In this document: positions 1 to 16,368 of the stretch, piece after piece
Layout of the letters: every line of letters starts with the position of its first letter
Position numbering within the stretch: the stretch's first letter is position 1
Source: the human T2T-CHM13v2.0 reference genome, Homo sapiens
Reading direction: 5' to 3' (one strand)
Length of the DNA stretch: 64,000 nucleotides
Assembly (NCBI RefSeq): GCF_009914755.1
Contig: NC_060925.1
Program-made: the position numbers and the translations under genes
Notes under the pieces: model-generated
The model's input: the letters and a program-made list of their open reading frames with translations, nothing else
Databases searched by the model: none
Told to the model about the DNA's origin: nothing

Positions 1-1700
1 ATTGAAGAAATTAAAAGCTCCTGAAAAAGAAATCACCGTGTCAAGATATTTCTTCTTTTTTAAAAAAGATATTAATACATGTTTAACAACATTCATTTTA
101 TCCTTTCCATTTTGGCATGGCACATGATCTTCATCTGGATTTATATTTTATGTGATAAATGATTTTTTAATTTAAGTTCAAGGGTACAAGTGCAAGTTTG
201 TTACGTAGGTAAACTTGTGTGGTGGGGGTTTTTGTATAGATTATTTCATCACCCAGGTATTAAGCCTAGTATTCATTAGTTGTCTTTCTTGATTATCTCC
301 CTCCTTCCACCCTCCGCCTCCACCCTCCAAAAGGCCCCAGTATGTTGTTTCCCTCTATGTGTCCTTGTGTTCTCATCATTTAGCTCCCACTTATAAGTGA
401 GAACATGTGGTATTTGGTTTTCTGTTCTTGTGTTAGTTTAGTAAGGATAATGGCCTCCTGCTCCATCCATGTCCCTGCAAAGGACATAATCTCATTCTTT
501 TTTATGACTGTATAGTATTCCATGGTGTATATGTACACCATGGAAAGAATGAGATAAAAAAGAATGAGATCCTATACACCATGAAATACCAATACTCTTT
601 ATCCAGTCTATCACTGATGGGCATTTAGGTTCATTCCATGTGTTTGCTTTTGTGAATAGTGCTGCAGTGAACATATGCGTGCATGCGTCTTTATAACAGA
701 ATGATTTATATTCCTCCGGGTATATACTCAGTAATGGGTTTGCTGAGTCAAATGGTATTTCTGTCTTTAGGTCTTTGAGGATTCACCACACTATCTTCTA
801 CAATGGTGGAACTAATTTACACTCCCATCAACAGTGTATAAGCGTTCGTTTGTCTCCATAACCTCACCAGCATCTGTTATTTTTTGACTTTTTAATAACA
901 GCCATTCTGACTGGTGTGAGATGGTATCTCATTGTGGTTTCAATTTGCATATCTCTAATGTAATGATCAGTGATGTTTAGCTTTTTTCCATATTATTTTT
1001 GGCCACATATATGTCTTCTTCTGGGAAGTAACTGTTCATGTTCTTTGCCCACTTTTTAATGAGGTTGTTTTTTTCTTATAAATTTGTTTAAGTTCTTTAT
1101 AGATGCTGGATATTAGACGTTTGTCAGATGCATAGTTTGCACAAATTTTCTCCCATTCTATAGGTTGTCTATTTAATCTGCTGATAGTTTGTTTTGCCGG
1201 GCAGAAGCTCTTTAGTTTAATTAGATCCCATTTGTTGATTTTTGCTTTTCTTGCAATTGTTTTTGGCATCTTTGTCATGAAATATTTACCTGTGCCTACA
1301 CCGCAAATGGTATTGCCTAGGTTATCTTCCAGGGTTTTTGCAGTTTTACGTTTTGCATTTAAGTCTTTAATCCATCTTGAGTTGATTTTTGTATGTGGTA
1401 TAAGGAAGGCATCCAGTATCAATCTTGTGCATATGGCTAGCCAGTTATCCCAGCCAAGATATTTCACTAGTGAATTTTACCACACATTTTAGGAGAAATT
1501 AACTTCAAGTTCACAAAATCTCTTCCAGAAAAGAGAAGAGGAGGGAACACTTCCTGACTGATTTTATGAAGCTAATGTTATTACTCTAAAACAGACAGAT
1601 TGTACAGAAAAATAAAACTATAGACCATTATTTCTCACAAATGTACATGTAAACATTTTCAGTAAGAATCATAATGCAGAAATCCTCAACAAGAATCATA
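1..1700 (+). mobile_element. Old L1M ORF2 fragment, present at 1-52 and 1455-~1700 and split by a younger L1 insertion
   Basis: Joining 1-52 to 1466 onward gives aagctcctgaaaaagaaatcaccgtgtcaagatatttc|actagtgaattttaccacacattt...gaggagggaacacttcc...tagaccatt...aatcctcaacaag. This resembles the ORF2 stretch from [15 protein letters not shown] to KILNK. caagatatttc is duplicated at 42-52 and 1455-1465. Confidence 0.7.
53..1454 (-). mobile_element. 5'-truncated old primate L1 (L1PA13-16-like 3' end) with a candidate ~100-bp 3' transduction (62-162)
   Basis: Antisense L1 3'UTR starts at ~163 (ttttttaatttaagttcaagggtacaagtgc). ORF2 C-terminal remnants appear in the ORF track (1036-1467 WDNWLAIC...[11 protein letters not shown]). 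TSD caagatatttc at 42-52 and 1455-1465. Confidence 0.85.
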
Positions 1701-1707
1701 GAATTAG

Positions 1708-1988
<281 letters not shown>

Positions 1989-3399
1989 AAGAAGCATAGA
2001 ATTAGAAGGAATTACAATCAATATTCCTCCTCTTCAAGATTAATAAAGATTGCAACTTTAATGGCAACCTCAATTCTGTGCTGTTTTAGTTACTCCTCCT
2101 ATAGTCTGAAAATGAATTGATTTAAGGCAAATTCAGTAGGTTTTTACAGTTTCATTTGTCATCAGTGTTTTTCAAATATAAGTACTTTTGCAAATTGGAC
2201 CAAATTCTTGGTGCAATTTAAAAACTTGGGCCTTCTATCATTTGCCTATTTTGAGAAAGGCTATTTCCCTTTTCTTTGATTTTCTATTTTTTAGAGTGTT
2301 GAACCTACTTAATCTGAAGTTTACCTCCCTTTTAAAGGAAGTGTCTAGAAGTGTTTCTGGCAATGTGTTCATAATTAGGTTAAATTTTCCTCTTGATAAC
2401 CTGGTGGCTGTAGAACTGAAATCACTGTGAGTTAAAATAATCTTAGTGTGTCTGTGTCCCCTTGGCATTTGTAAATGAGTTCCTTGAAATTTTGTATTGG
2501 TATGTTTTAAAACATCAGTACTTTTATTTCAAAGTAAAATATGCCATAATATGTTTTATAGGATGAAGTGTTTGTTTTTTATTTATACACTATAATTACG
2601 TGTTGTATCACCTTCTTTGAAAAGACATATTTTAAAATAATATCTCAATTTTAGGCAAAGCACATTCCTAGAAGTTTAAAATTAACATTTTCTGTCTAAA
2701 TTAAGGAGTTAATTTTCTGTGAAAATAAAATGTTTGTGGGGGGTGAGTCTTATCACATATCACAGATCATACTTGTTTTAAAGGAAGAAAATGAAAGTCA
2801 TTTTTAAATTTAGTTGGTGACATAAGCAGAAAGCATGTTTACTTTTTGATACTTAATAACACTTGAGGTAATAATAAACAATGATAATTTCCTAATCTTT
2901 TTTGCATTGTTGTAATTAAGCTTACACTTGGAGTTTCCAAGGCCAACATGTAAGGAATTGCTCTTTAATTAGGTTTCCAACAGTTAGAATAAGCAAAAGG
3001 ATGGCTCATCTATGACATTGCAGTGTGTCCTGATAGAGTTCCCTTAGTTATGGTTAATGCAGATAAAGAAAACAGCAAGCATACTTTCACAATTTTATAT
3101 TTTCTGTATAAATGAGAATTCTTATTTTTAGAGAAGTATATTGAAAAGTAATAACACAAATTAAATAAATGGAATAGACTATAAATTTAGGGCCATTTAA
3201 AAAGGATTACATGTATGCCAAGGTACAAATTATCTTTCATACTCAATTTCAGCTGTTACTCATCACTGCTTAACCTACTCTTGAGTAATAACAACATTCT
3301 TTAAGCTTTAAAACATTCTCTAATGTGTTTTTAATATAGACAGAATACCCATCATTAGCTTTATGGCAAAAGCCCTTGCAATCATTTATTTCCCTTAAT

Positions 3400-4490
<1,091 letters not shown>

Positions 4491-4638
4491 TCTTCCCCAT
4501 CCTGTACTCTTCTCTTTTATCAAATGGTTGTACTGGTGGCAAAAGCTTGAAATTTGAGGAGTCAGAGCCAAAAGAAGGATGCAGCCTGAATAGTAACTCT
4601 GGGATCAGGTTACACAGTTGAAATAATAGACATTACAC

Positions 4639-5699
4639 ATTACTTTTCTTTCCTGGGTCTTGAGGAAGTTCTTTAGTGAGGGCTCAAGAAATTTGGAAAT
4701 ATTTGTAGATGGATGAAGTAAGTTCAACTTTGGTGATGGCTTTATGCAGTTTGATAAGTGCACATTTCTCTGAGTACAAACTTATGGGAACATTATTGGT
4801 GGTGAGAAGGAGGAATCTGGAGATTTGTACTAATGAGTTAGTGGCATTTTTGTAGAGGGAGATTCACATCTCTGAATTCTTCAACCATCCCAAAATTGAG
4901 CATGTCACGGAATCTTTCTGGCTAACAGTAAGCTGTAGGTTGTTACATCCTTTAATGCCATATGTCTGCAAAGGATCTTATCTCATCTATATATACTCTT
5001 GAATGACATGAACTGGCACATTTATGACTAGTGCAAAGGGACTAACTCGCATTCGCATGCAAATTTCTGTGGCTGGAAAGGTCAGCCCGACTGGCTTGTG
5101 CAGCAACCTTTGCCATTGCCCTTGTTTGATAATGCTGTGAATTTCCCATGATTTTCCTAAGTGTAGCTTGGAGGTTCCACTCAAGATCAAGCCTGAGATT
5201 CCCCATGAACTCTTCAGGACTATGGCAGGTCTAATATCTTCAATTTGGACATTATCAACTGCCTTGCTGATGCCTTGATTGAGGCTGAGTGATACCAGTG
5301 TGTATCTGCTGGATACAAATATCACTTCTGTCATTCCGATGGCCATGTGTATCTCTTGCTTAGGTAGCATTTCTGGCCTGAACCAGTGATAGGCTATATA
5401 CCACCAGAGTATCCTCCAGAAATTCTTCTCCTTACTTCTGTGACCCTACCCCATCCCCGTCATTCTACTTCTACTACTTTGGGGAACTGTGGCTCCACCA
5501 TAACCTTGATGTAAGAGCAGGTGCTAGCACCCCATTGAATATTTCCACTTAGATCATATCAGAGACTGTACCTGAATTATATCATCCTGTTGTTCTCATG
5601 GCCAGATATGGGGGCAGCCAGCCCAAGCTAGGATCCCAGTGGTTTCTTTAGCTTTATACCAAGCTTGAATGAACTAGAGATGTTGCCCAAGAATTCTAA
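4639..5699 (+). pseudogene. Ancient processed pseudogene of the STE20-related pseudokinase STRAD-alpha (STRADA/LYK5-like)
   Basis: Collinear, intronless translated blocks match STRADA as I recall it. 4639 ITFLSWVLRKFFSEGSRNLEIF vs MSFL..RWVSEKFIVEGLRDLELF. 4775 YKLMGTLLVVRRRNLEICTNELVAFL*REIHISEFFNHPKI vs [41 protein letters not shown] (23/41 identical). KL*VVTSF..SAKDLI. 5063 ISVAGKVSPTGLCSNL vs ISVDGKVYLSGLRSNL. 5147 HDFPKCS vs HDFPKYS. LLDT. HNLDVRAGASTPLN vs RNPDARPSASTLLN. SETVPEL vs SEALPEL. C-terminal LNELE..EF* with TAA at 5697-5699. Multiple stops, frameshifts and deletions are present. Confidence 0.88.
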
Positions 5700-7845
5700 G
5701 CCTCTGGAGACTAAACTGCCTGTCTAAATCCTTATAGGAATACAGACTCATTCTTAGGAGTTAGAGTTTTACATCCTTCAGGATATACATTGGAAAAGAA
5801 CAATTGCTCTGCCAGGAGGGCTGCTGCTTTTTGATTGAGAAAGATGATGCGGCCATGGAAAGCACATGGACCACATCAACTTGGGGTCAGGGTTATCAGA
5901 GGGCAGGCAGTTCCAGTGCTACCACCTGAGCACTCTTCTTCAGAAGAAAAAGAAAGCACTCCAGCTTAATCCTTGTATTTTAACTATTCCCAATTTAAAG
6001 AGTTACACTGCAGCCTTTTGCAGCCGCTTCCTTATCCCCTGAAGGGGAATGGGATAAGGAAAACATTCTCCTTTCCCTGAAGAGTTTCCCTTGAAAATTG
6101 AAGAGAGAAAAATTTTAAGTCATCAGATAAAGGCAAGGGCAGTTCATCCGTATTACTCTTTGAGGCACGGATATATCTCAATTAAAATCTGTGTTAATTT
6201 TCCCACAGTTCAGTTGTATTGACCTTTTTCATTCAAAAGGTCCAGCCTGGGGCTGCATGCCAGCCAACTTGGTGCTTTCTGTAAAAGCCATGATGTTTTC
6301 TCTCAGCCTAAGGAAATTCTTTGTGCTGTTTTATAGCTTTACTGCCAGAGTAAGTTATAATTGCCATTGAATCAATATATATAGCTTAATAAGTTTGCTG
6401 CTTTACCCAGTTTAATCTTGTCTCATTTTCAAAGTTTGCCAAGAGTTACCCTAGAGAGACAAATATTCTTTCTGTGTCTTCTATCATTCTGTTGACCTTC
6501 ATAGTTGATTTGGCTGATCTTTCTAAACAAAGGAAGACCAATTAATGGTTAAAGGTAGAAGTATCTGGACCTCTACTCCAAATAAAAGCTTTCAAGTTAC
6601 ATTTGGAGATGATACTCTTGAATATTTTTTAACCATACTGTGTCTCTTAAACAAATGCTGCTGCTTACCCATAACATGCTAATTAATACCTTATATATCT
6701 CATTCCTGATAATGAAAAGTTACTAGTACCATGGTGTTGGGAGGTTCATTCCCGTGGGCATTATATGAGGCTAGAAGAAAACAAAGACATGACAAATCTA
6801 TAGACTTATGGTTCAGGCAGATACTTTCTTTAGTTTTTTTCTCAGTCATTATGAATCTTGCATTCTAGACAAATGTAGATGTATTTCTCTCAGAGTAAAG
6901 AATGGAAGAAACCTGAAGGTAGCTCTCTGTTGACAGAGAAAGAAGGAATTACCTATCTGGAAATAATCTGTTCAGTATAGTTTTATTGTCAGAGTAAGTT
7001 AAAATGAATGATTCTGCCAAAATGTCAAGAATGGGTCACCTAGGCATCCTTTCCAGAAAAGGGGCATCTAGTCAGTCATCCTTTCCAAGCTATGCTTTTG
7101 TTACTTAAGTATTCACTGAAATGTAAATACCATGTGTTTTATCATTTTTTATACTCTGAAAGTATCATTTTACTAATATGTTTTTGAAATAGGTACTATA
7201 TTTTCTATTGCTCATATTATCATAAGTCTTAGAACTTTATCTATTCAAGGTAATAAAAATTTCAACTTTGGTCTGCCCAGACTGTAGAAAACCAAGCATT
7301 GACACACACATAAAAATATGTATATACACATACAGAACATTTACTTTATCAAAAAGAAGAGTGCATAGGGACTTCAGATCACTGTATTGTGAAGGGACTT
7401 ATCCGCATCTTTGATAATTTAGGATAGAGTATCTTAAAATAACCTTTTTATGTTCTAGACACCAAACTGTGCTGGACTGGTAACATATTAAGAATATGCT
7501 TAAAACATTCTCTCAATGGAAATATTACCTTTTTAAAATATTTTAAATTTCAAGACGGTAGAAGTCCATTTTCTTGTACTGTTGAGTGAGATTGAAAATA
7601 AGACTAGAGAATTGAGTGGAAGAAATAATTTCATTTGAGCCATTCCATTTCACGTCTTTCCTAAATGGTCAGTTCTTTTGGTTCTGGTTCTATTGAAGTC
7701 CTCATGATGAGAAACAGGGTTAGTAAAGCCAAAAGCATGACCTGGGAACAATAATGGGTTATTGATTCTGCCAGAAGTCCACCTACCAGTGGCCCTGGCA
7801 CTGTGAGAATAGAGCAGGCACATGTATCCAAAAAAGTTCCCTTTT

Positions 7846-8166
<321 letters not shown>

Positions 8167-8544
8167 TCAGTATTGACAATTGCAGTTCCCTTTTGGGTTT
8201 CTGTGTCAAGAAGACTTTTTTTTCTACCACGTTTCCTCATCCTGCAGACTGCACTAAACTGTGTCTCCACCTTCACCCCCTCAGAATATACCCAAGTGTA
8301 GTATTCATGGTAGTCCCATATATCAGTTCTTTTTTCAGTCACATCAAAGTTATGCAACTGGTGGGTGCCCCATCCTATGAGTTAAGAATTTAAGAACTGT
8401 GAATAGAAAAGAATATTGCGACTGGTGGGTGACACAGTAAATAAGTAAGCTGAGAATAGGGGCAGGGGAATCTACTTTGTAAGTCGTGTTAATTGTGATG
8501 ATTCTGGGAGGCAGAATTGCTGCTGATGGAGAACCACTACTTTA

Positions 8545-8891
8545 TTTATTTACTTTTTTCAGCTTTTATTTTAGCTTCAAGGGATACATGTGCAGATTGT
8601 TACATGAGTAAATTGTGCAATGCTGAGGTGTAATGTACAAATGGTCTCATCACCCAGGTAGTGAACATAGTACCCAATAAGTAGTTTTTTGGCCATCCTC
8701 CCCTTCGCACCCTCCCCCTTCTAGTAGTCCTTAGTGTCTGTTGTTCCCATCTTTATGCCCATGTGTACTCAGTGTTTAGCTCCTGATTATAAGTGAGAAC
8801 ATGTGGTATTTGGTTTTCTGTTCCCGTGTTAATTTGCTTAGGATAATGGCCTCTAGCTGCATCCATGTTGCTTCAAAAGGACATGATTTCA
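8545..8891 (-). mobile_element. 5'-truncated old L1 3'UTR (L1PA15/16-like)
   Basis: Antisense L1 3' end. TSD gagaaccactacttta (8529-8544) / gagaaccactgcttta (8892-8907). Confidence 0.85.
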
Positions 8892-9005
8892 GAGAACCAC
8901 TGCTTTAAATCACATAAATTATTTACGGAAACATACTTCTTGTAATGCAATTAGTCTTATTTTGCCACAGTGGAGTTACTTATGTGTGTAAATAAAATTT
9001 AGAGC

Positions 9006-11160
<2,155 letters not shown>

Positions 11161-11360
11161 TTAGAGTGTTTTAGAGTTTGACAGTGCATCCTTTGCTATG
11201 CACTGAGTCGTGAGCTGTAGTGAGTGCTTAAACTTAAAATTTATGTTTGGTTTTATGTGAAAGCTTTGATGAAAAAAGATTTCAATTTGCACAAGTATGT
11301 TAATTAGATATGAAATTAACAGTTATTGCATATATTTGTGCTGGCTGCCATATGGATATA

Positions 11361-11585
11361 CAATATAGTACATTAATTAAAAGAGCAGAAACTTTGGAGC
11401 CAGACTGCTTTGGTTCAAATCCTGGCTCTACTTTTCTGTCATCTAAGGCAAGTCACTTATCCTTTGTGTGCCCCAGTTCTCTTAACCATAAAATGAGGAT
11501 AATATTAAAACTTGCAAGGACTAAATAAATTAGCGTATGCAAAGCATGTAGAAAATGTTTTCCATGTAATAAACACTAATTATTA
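11361..11585 (+). mobile_element. MIR
   Basis: ttggagccagactgctttggttcaaatcctggctct...ggcaagtcactta...aaaatgaggataat matches the MIR core. Confidence 0.75.
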
Positions 11586-12354
11586 CTGTGATAACCGAAG
11601 GGTTCCAAAATCAACTCAATTTTTGGCCTCTTTAATTCATTACATAGCAATGAAGTACAAAGGTGTGAATGTGTAATAGTTGTTTTCAGAGTAAAATGGG
11701 GGAAAATGATTTCACTTAATTTGTTTCTTTCCCTAATGCTAGCATCTCCAGTGGCACAGAATATACCTTTTCTGTTCTGGTCCGCAAAATTGTACAGAAA
11801 TGAATGAATGGGGGGAAAGCTGTTGAATTGGCATCTACCCAGGCTACACATTTAACTCCAGCCAGAGATTAAAGTCACAGAAAAAAATGTTGTTACCCCA
11901 GGTCTTGCCACTAGTAGAAAACATGACCTCTAAAAAAAATTATGCCTTTTTCAAAATATTTATTACTTTCAATGCCTTCCCTGGGATGGTTACTCCAGCT
12001 CCTGCAAAGCTCTGCCTTGTAGTAATAAGGGGTATCCATCAGAGTTTGTGTGCCCCAGCAAGTCTCCTCTTCTTGCTTCTTAGAAATGCACATTTTAGTA
12101 TAATTTTCTATTTATGGTATATCATTGTTCCCAAAACACAAAGATGATTATAAATCTTTTTAATCTCATATCATATCTAACAGTTATCGTTTCCTTATTT
12201 TTCTTTTTGGAAAACCACAAACAAGATTGGTAAATCTCAAGATAAAATTTTTATTCCCATTTTTTTCCCCTGAGACATACTGGTTCTGTTAGATCTGTCA
12301 CATATATTATGATTGATCAGCTTGCAACTAATTATTGAACTCCTTTGTATGCAG

Positions 12355-12565
12355 TTAATATTTACCATTTAGGATATCAGCTACTCTACCAGGTGCTTTG
12401 CATGTGTTGCTTTGTTTAATCCTCACAGCAACCCATAAGATACAACTATTATTATCACCATTTTACAATTGTGTATAGTGAAACACAGAGAAGACAAGTA
12501 ACTTTTTCAGCTCACACATCTGGCAAAGTAGGCTGCCAGGGTTAAACTTGACTGTGTCTGATTCT
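12355..12565 (-). mobile_element. MIR
   Basis: tttaatcctcacagcaacccataag...attatcaccattttaca...gaaacacagagaag...aagtaact is the antisense MIR core. Confidence 0.7.
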
Positions 12566-13876
12566 GATATTTTCAATGACTCTTATTCTGCTTCCTGTAC
12601 TCTTTTTCCTACTTGTTTGAAACACCTCAGATCCCCTGGGCAGAGTAGATAGATGTAATTCAGGGACTCTGGTTGGATTTCAGGCAGCCCAAGTGCCTTG
12701 GAAAGCATTTTCCTGGCTTAGAGATGTCAACTTCAGAGATGTGAAATATATGTAAAATTAGAGGAGAAAAAAACTTATTTAATATTTTTAGAATTCTCTA
12801 GATCCTATGGATAGGAAAATTGTTTTAAAAGTAGTATACCTGAATAAGGTGGGCCACCCTGAACACATACCAAGGATTAGCTGTCTTCTAGTTCCCAAAT
12901 ACAATACAACTCCCCCCTGCCCGAAAAAAGTTATTTTATAATATCATGCTATGTATCTTCTTGAGTATTGTGATCATTTTCTCCTAGAATATCAAATATT
13001 TGCCATAACTTTAATAATTCTTTTTAAAAGGACAGAGAGCATTTGTTATTGAGTATGCAGGCAGTATGCTTTGAAGATAGAGGTCACATTTAGTGGGGGA
13101 TTCGTGGTTTAATAGATTGGAAGAAGGGATTATTAGATGGGATGGGTTTGGTGGAATATGTGAGTTTTCTAAAGTCATTAGGTGTTTTATGCATGAGAAC
13201 ATAAAAGAGCTGGGGCTGGAATCAATTTTATTCTAATCTAACAGATGTCTTCTACTCTTAAGACACCTGTGTAATGAAACGTGGCTTTCCCCATATCTCC
13301 CTACTTTCACTCCACTTAATTAATATACGTGGCTGTACATTGACATACTATATCATCTATTCCTAATAGAGGGGTTTTGCTTCCTTAGATTTTAATTATC
13401 AATAACTTCATTGCAGTATTCTCTGCTTTCTTGGTTTCCAGCTAATTGCCCCACTTGTTTTTTGTTTGACTAGTTACTTTCTTCTTCATTTATGACCCCT
13501 GTCTGTAGCTTATCTTGGCTTCTACTTTCTCTTATGTTCTCCCCTGAATTCCTTTACGTATGTTAATATTAAGCTGATTGTCATAATATTTATAAGGTTT
13601 TCACTGTCTGGACTTGACGCAGTTTGGAATTTTCCTAGCACATCTGAAGTTAAATTTTAAATACCAAACAAAGTTGTGCTGGTTTGTATAGCTTAAACAC
13701 CAGCATTTTAAATAAATGCAAAATGCAATAAATGTTTTCAGACAGGTAATTGTTGATTTATTGTATAACATTGTATTAATAATTTCTCATTCCTGATTAG
13801 GTTAAATTTCTTTACAATTCATTCCAAAAAATACAAAGATATCTCAGTGATACTTACAGTTGGTGAATCCTTTACA

Positions 13877-14085
13877 TTTTTTTTTTTTTTTTTTGAGACA
13901 GGTTCTGGTTCTGTTACCCAGTCTGGAGTGCAGTGGCAATACCTTGCTCACTGCAGCCTTGACCTCCCGGCCTCAAGTGATATTCCCACCTCAGTTCCTC
14001 AAGTAGCTGGGACCACAGGCACATACATGCCACCACATCCAGCTAATTTTTGTAGAAATTAGGTTTTACCACGTTGCCCAGGCTA
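13877..14085 (-). mobile_element. Truncated AluJ
   Basis: Poly(T), then the antisense right arm and part of the left arm (gcagccttgacctcccggcctcaagtga). Confidence 0.85.
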
Positions 14086-14959
14086 ATACTTTACTTTTTA
14101 TTGAGTCTTTTTTCTGTGGTGTCAAGCTTTTGGTAATTTCATTGTTGTTAGCTATTTGTATCACCAATAGAAGTTAAGCAGAGAGCAAGAGAAGAAATTC
14201 CAATTTGCTGTTTGTCAGTAACTGGAGAGGAAGTGAGGGGTGGGAGACGGAGAATGATCTGGCTGGAGAGCTGTAGTTTCACCTACAAAGAGTTTTTTTG
14301 TTTGTTTGTTTTAATTTCGTTTTTTCTTTTAATTTGGGGAGCTTGTTGGATGCTATAGGGAGGAAAGGTGGAGGAGAACTTCTGGTGGTAATTGTTATTC
14401 ACCCTGCTCTGCTTTAGTCTCTGATAGAATTAGTGTCATGGTTGATGTTTTGTGGCATTTTTTAAGACTGCATAATCCAGCAACTTATGATTCCCTGTTA
14501 GGCAAGGAACCATAGCTTTCAGTGTATACTTACAGAGTGACTGAGACAGTATCACTTCTTCTCTTTATGCCTTATATTCTTCATTTATAAAATGGAGATT
14601 ATAGACTTGTCCTTGAATACCTATTGAAGTAATTGCAAAAATTCCATATGTATTTGAGTCTTTGCGAGGCCTTGAACGTAGAGTTTAATTAAACAAGACC
14701 GTACTAAGAGTCTTTTGTATTTATGTGCAAGAGTTTTTTCCTGATGGCACTATTGATCATGTTGGGAAAGCAAGGCCTGGTTAGTGGATTTATTGTTTAG
14801 GTGTTTTACAGTTATGATAGTTTTCATTTGCTATTGGCCACAGGTTTGAAAAGAGTATGAAACAACTATGTAGAAAATTTTCTAGCATCTCCCAGTCCCA
14901 GAAAATCTTCATCAGCCTTCAAGAGTCTATGAAGTATGACTATAATGTAATGTGCCTGA

Positions 14960-15410
14960 TATTTTTTATTGTGGTAAAACATAATATTTATCATTATACT
15001 CTGTGTATACATATTGTATACTGATAAGTGTATAATTACACTGATAAGTGTATAATTCAGTGACACTAAATATGTTAACAGTGTTGTATAACCATTACCA
15101 CTATCTATATCCAACACTTTATCATTATCCCCAACAAAAACTATGCCCATTAAACAATAACTCCCACCCTTCTACCTCTCCCCACAGCCCCTGGTAACCT
15201 ACTCTACTTTGTCTTTATGAATTTGCCTATTCTAAGTACTTCATATAGGTACAATTATACATTATTTTCCTTCTATATCTGCCTTATTTCACTAAGCATA
15301 ATGTTTTCCAGGTCCATCCATGTTGTGGCATATGTCAAAATTTAATTTCTTTTTATGACTGAATATTATTCTGTTATATGTGTAGGTCACATTTGGGTTA
15401 GCCATTTATC
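14960..15410 (-). mobile_element. Old L1M (MB/MC-like) 3' end
   Basis: ttttattgtggtaaaacata...cccattaaacaataactccc...gcccctggtaacc...tttcactaagcataatgttttccagg. Confidence 0.75.
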
Positions 15411-15955
15411 TCATGCCTTATATTTTAATTTATAAAATGGTTTCATAATAAAAGGCTGTGATTTAATATCTAAATAAAGGATAAAGGAAGAGTATATTTT
15501 GTTAGAGGGGAAATGAATTATGGAAGATGAATGAGTAGTAATATGGCTTAGCAGTTTTAAATGAGGATAATTATGGTCTAAGTTATAGGGGTTGTTTTGA
15601 GGATTAAAGAGTTAGTATATGTGTCTTAACAACAATGTAGTATTATAACAGTATAAGTGCTATTTGGCTGTTTGCTATCATTGTTATTAGTTGATGAGAG
15701 CTTCGTAGTAGAGATCACAAATGAGGCAGACCTTAATGCAACTCTGCAGGATTTGATTAGAAAAGGAATTTTAAGGTAAATGTAGAGAGAAAGCAGATGG
15801 CATGTTTTTACAATAAGAAAGATGTCACACTGGTTAAACACATAGTTTTTGAGACCAACAGACCTGTGCTCCAGTCTCAGCATTGCCGTATATTTACTGT
15901 GTGACTTGGAATATAATCTTTCTAAGCTTTAATTGTAATCTATAATATGTGGATA

Positions 15956-16368
15956 TGTGTTAATTCATTCTTGCATTGATATAAAGGAATACCTGAAACT
16001 GGGTAATTTATAAAGAAAGTACGTTTATTTTGTCACATGATCCGGGAGGCTGTACATGAAGCATAGCACCATCATCTGCTTCTGGTGAGGACCCCAGGAA
16101 GCTTTCAGTCATGGCAGAAGGTGAAGGGGAGCCAGCGCATCACATGATGAAAGAGAGCAAGCAGGGTGGAGAGGCACCACACTCTTTCACACAGCCAGAT
16201 CTGTGAACCTAGATGAGTGAGAAATCACTGATCACCAAAGGGATGGTGCTAAGCCATTTATGAGGGTCTGCCCCCCATGACCCAGTACCTCCCACTAGGC
16301 CCCACCCCAACACTGGAGATTATATTTTAACATGAGATTTGGAGGGAACAAACATATAAACCGTATCA
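15956..16368 (-). mobile_element. MSTB-like MaLR solo LTR, inserted in a MIR (~15840-16480)
   Basis: TG...CA ends and a perfect 5-bp TSD ggata (15951-15955 / 16369-16373). MST motifs aaggaatacctgaaactgggtaatttataaag and catgagatttggagg. Confidence 0.88.

Noticed and set aside
163-1700. Antisense L1 abutting a sense L1 ORF2 piece, resembling a twin-priming inversion
   Set aside because: The sense piece is older and continues the L1M sequence at 1-52 across a TSD, so it is the target, not an inverted 5' part.
4987-5370. 127-aa minus-strand ORF in non-repeat sequence
   Set aside because: It is the antisense shadow of the STRADA-like pseudogene and has no recognisable protein of its own.
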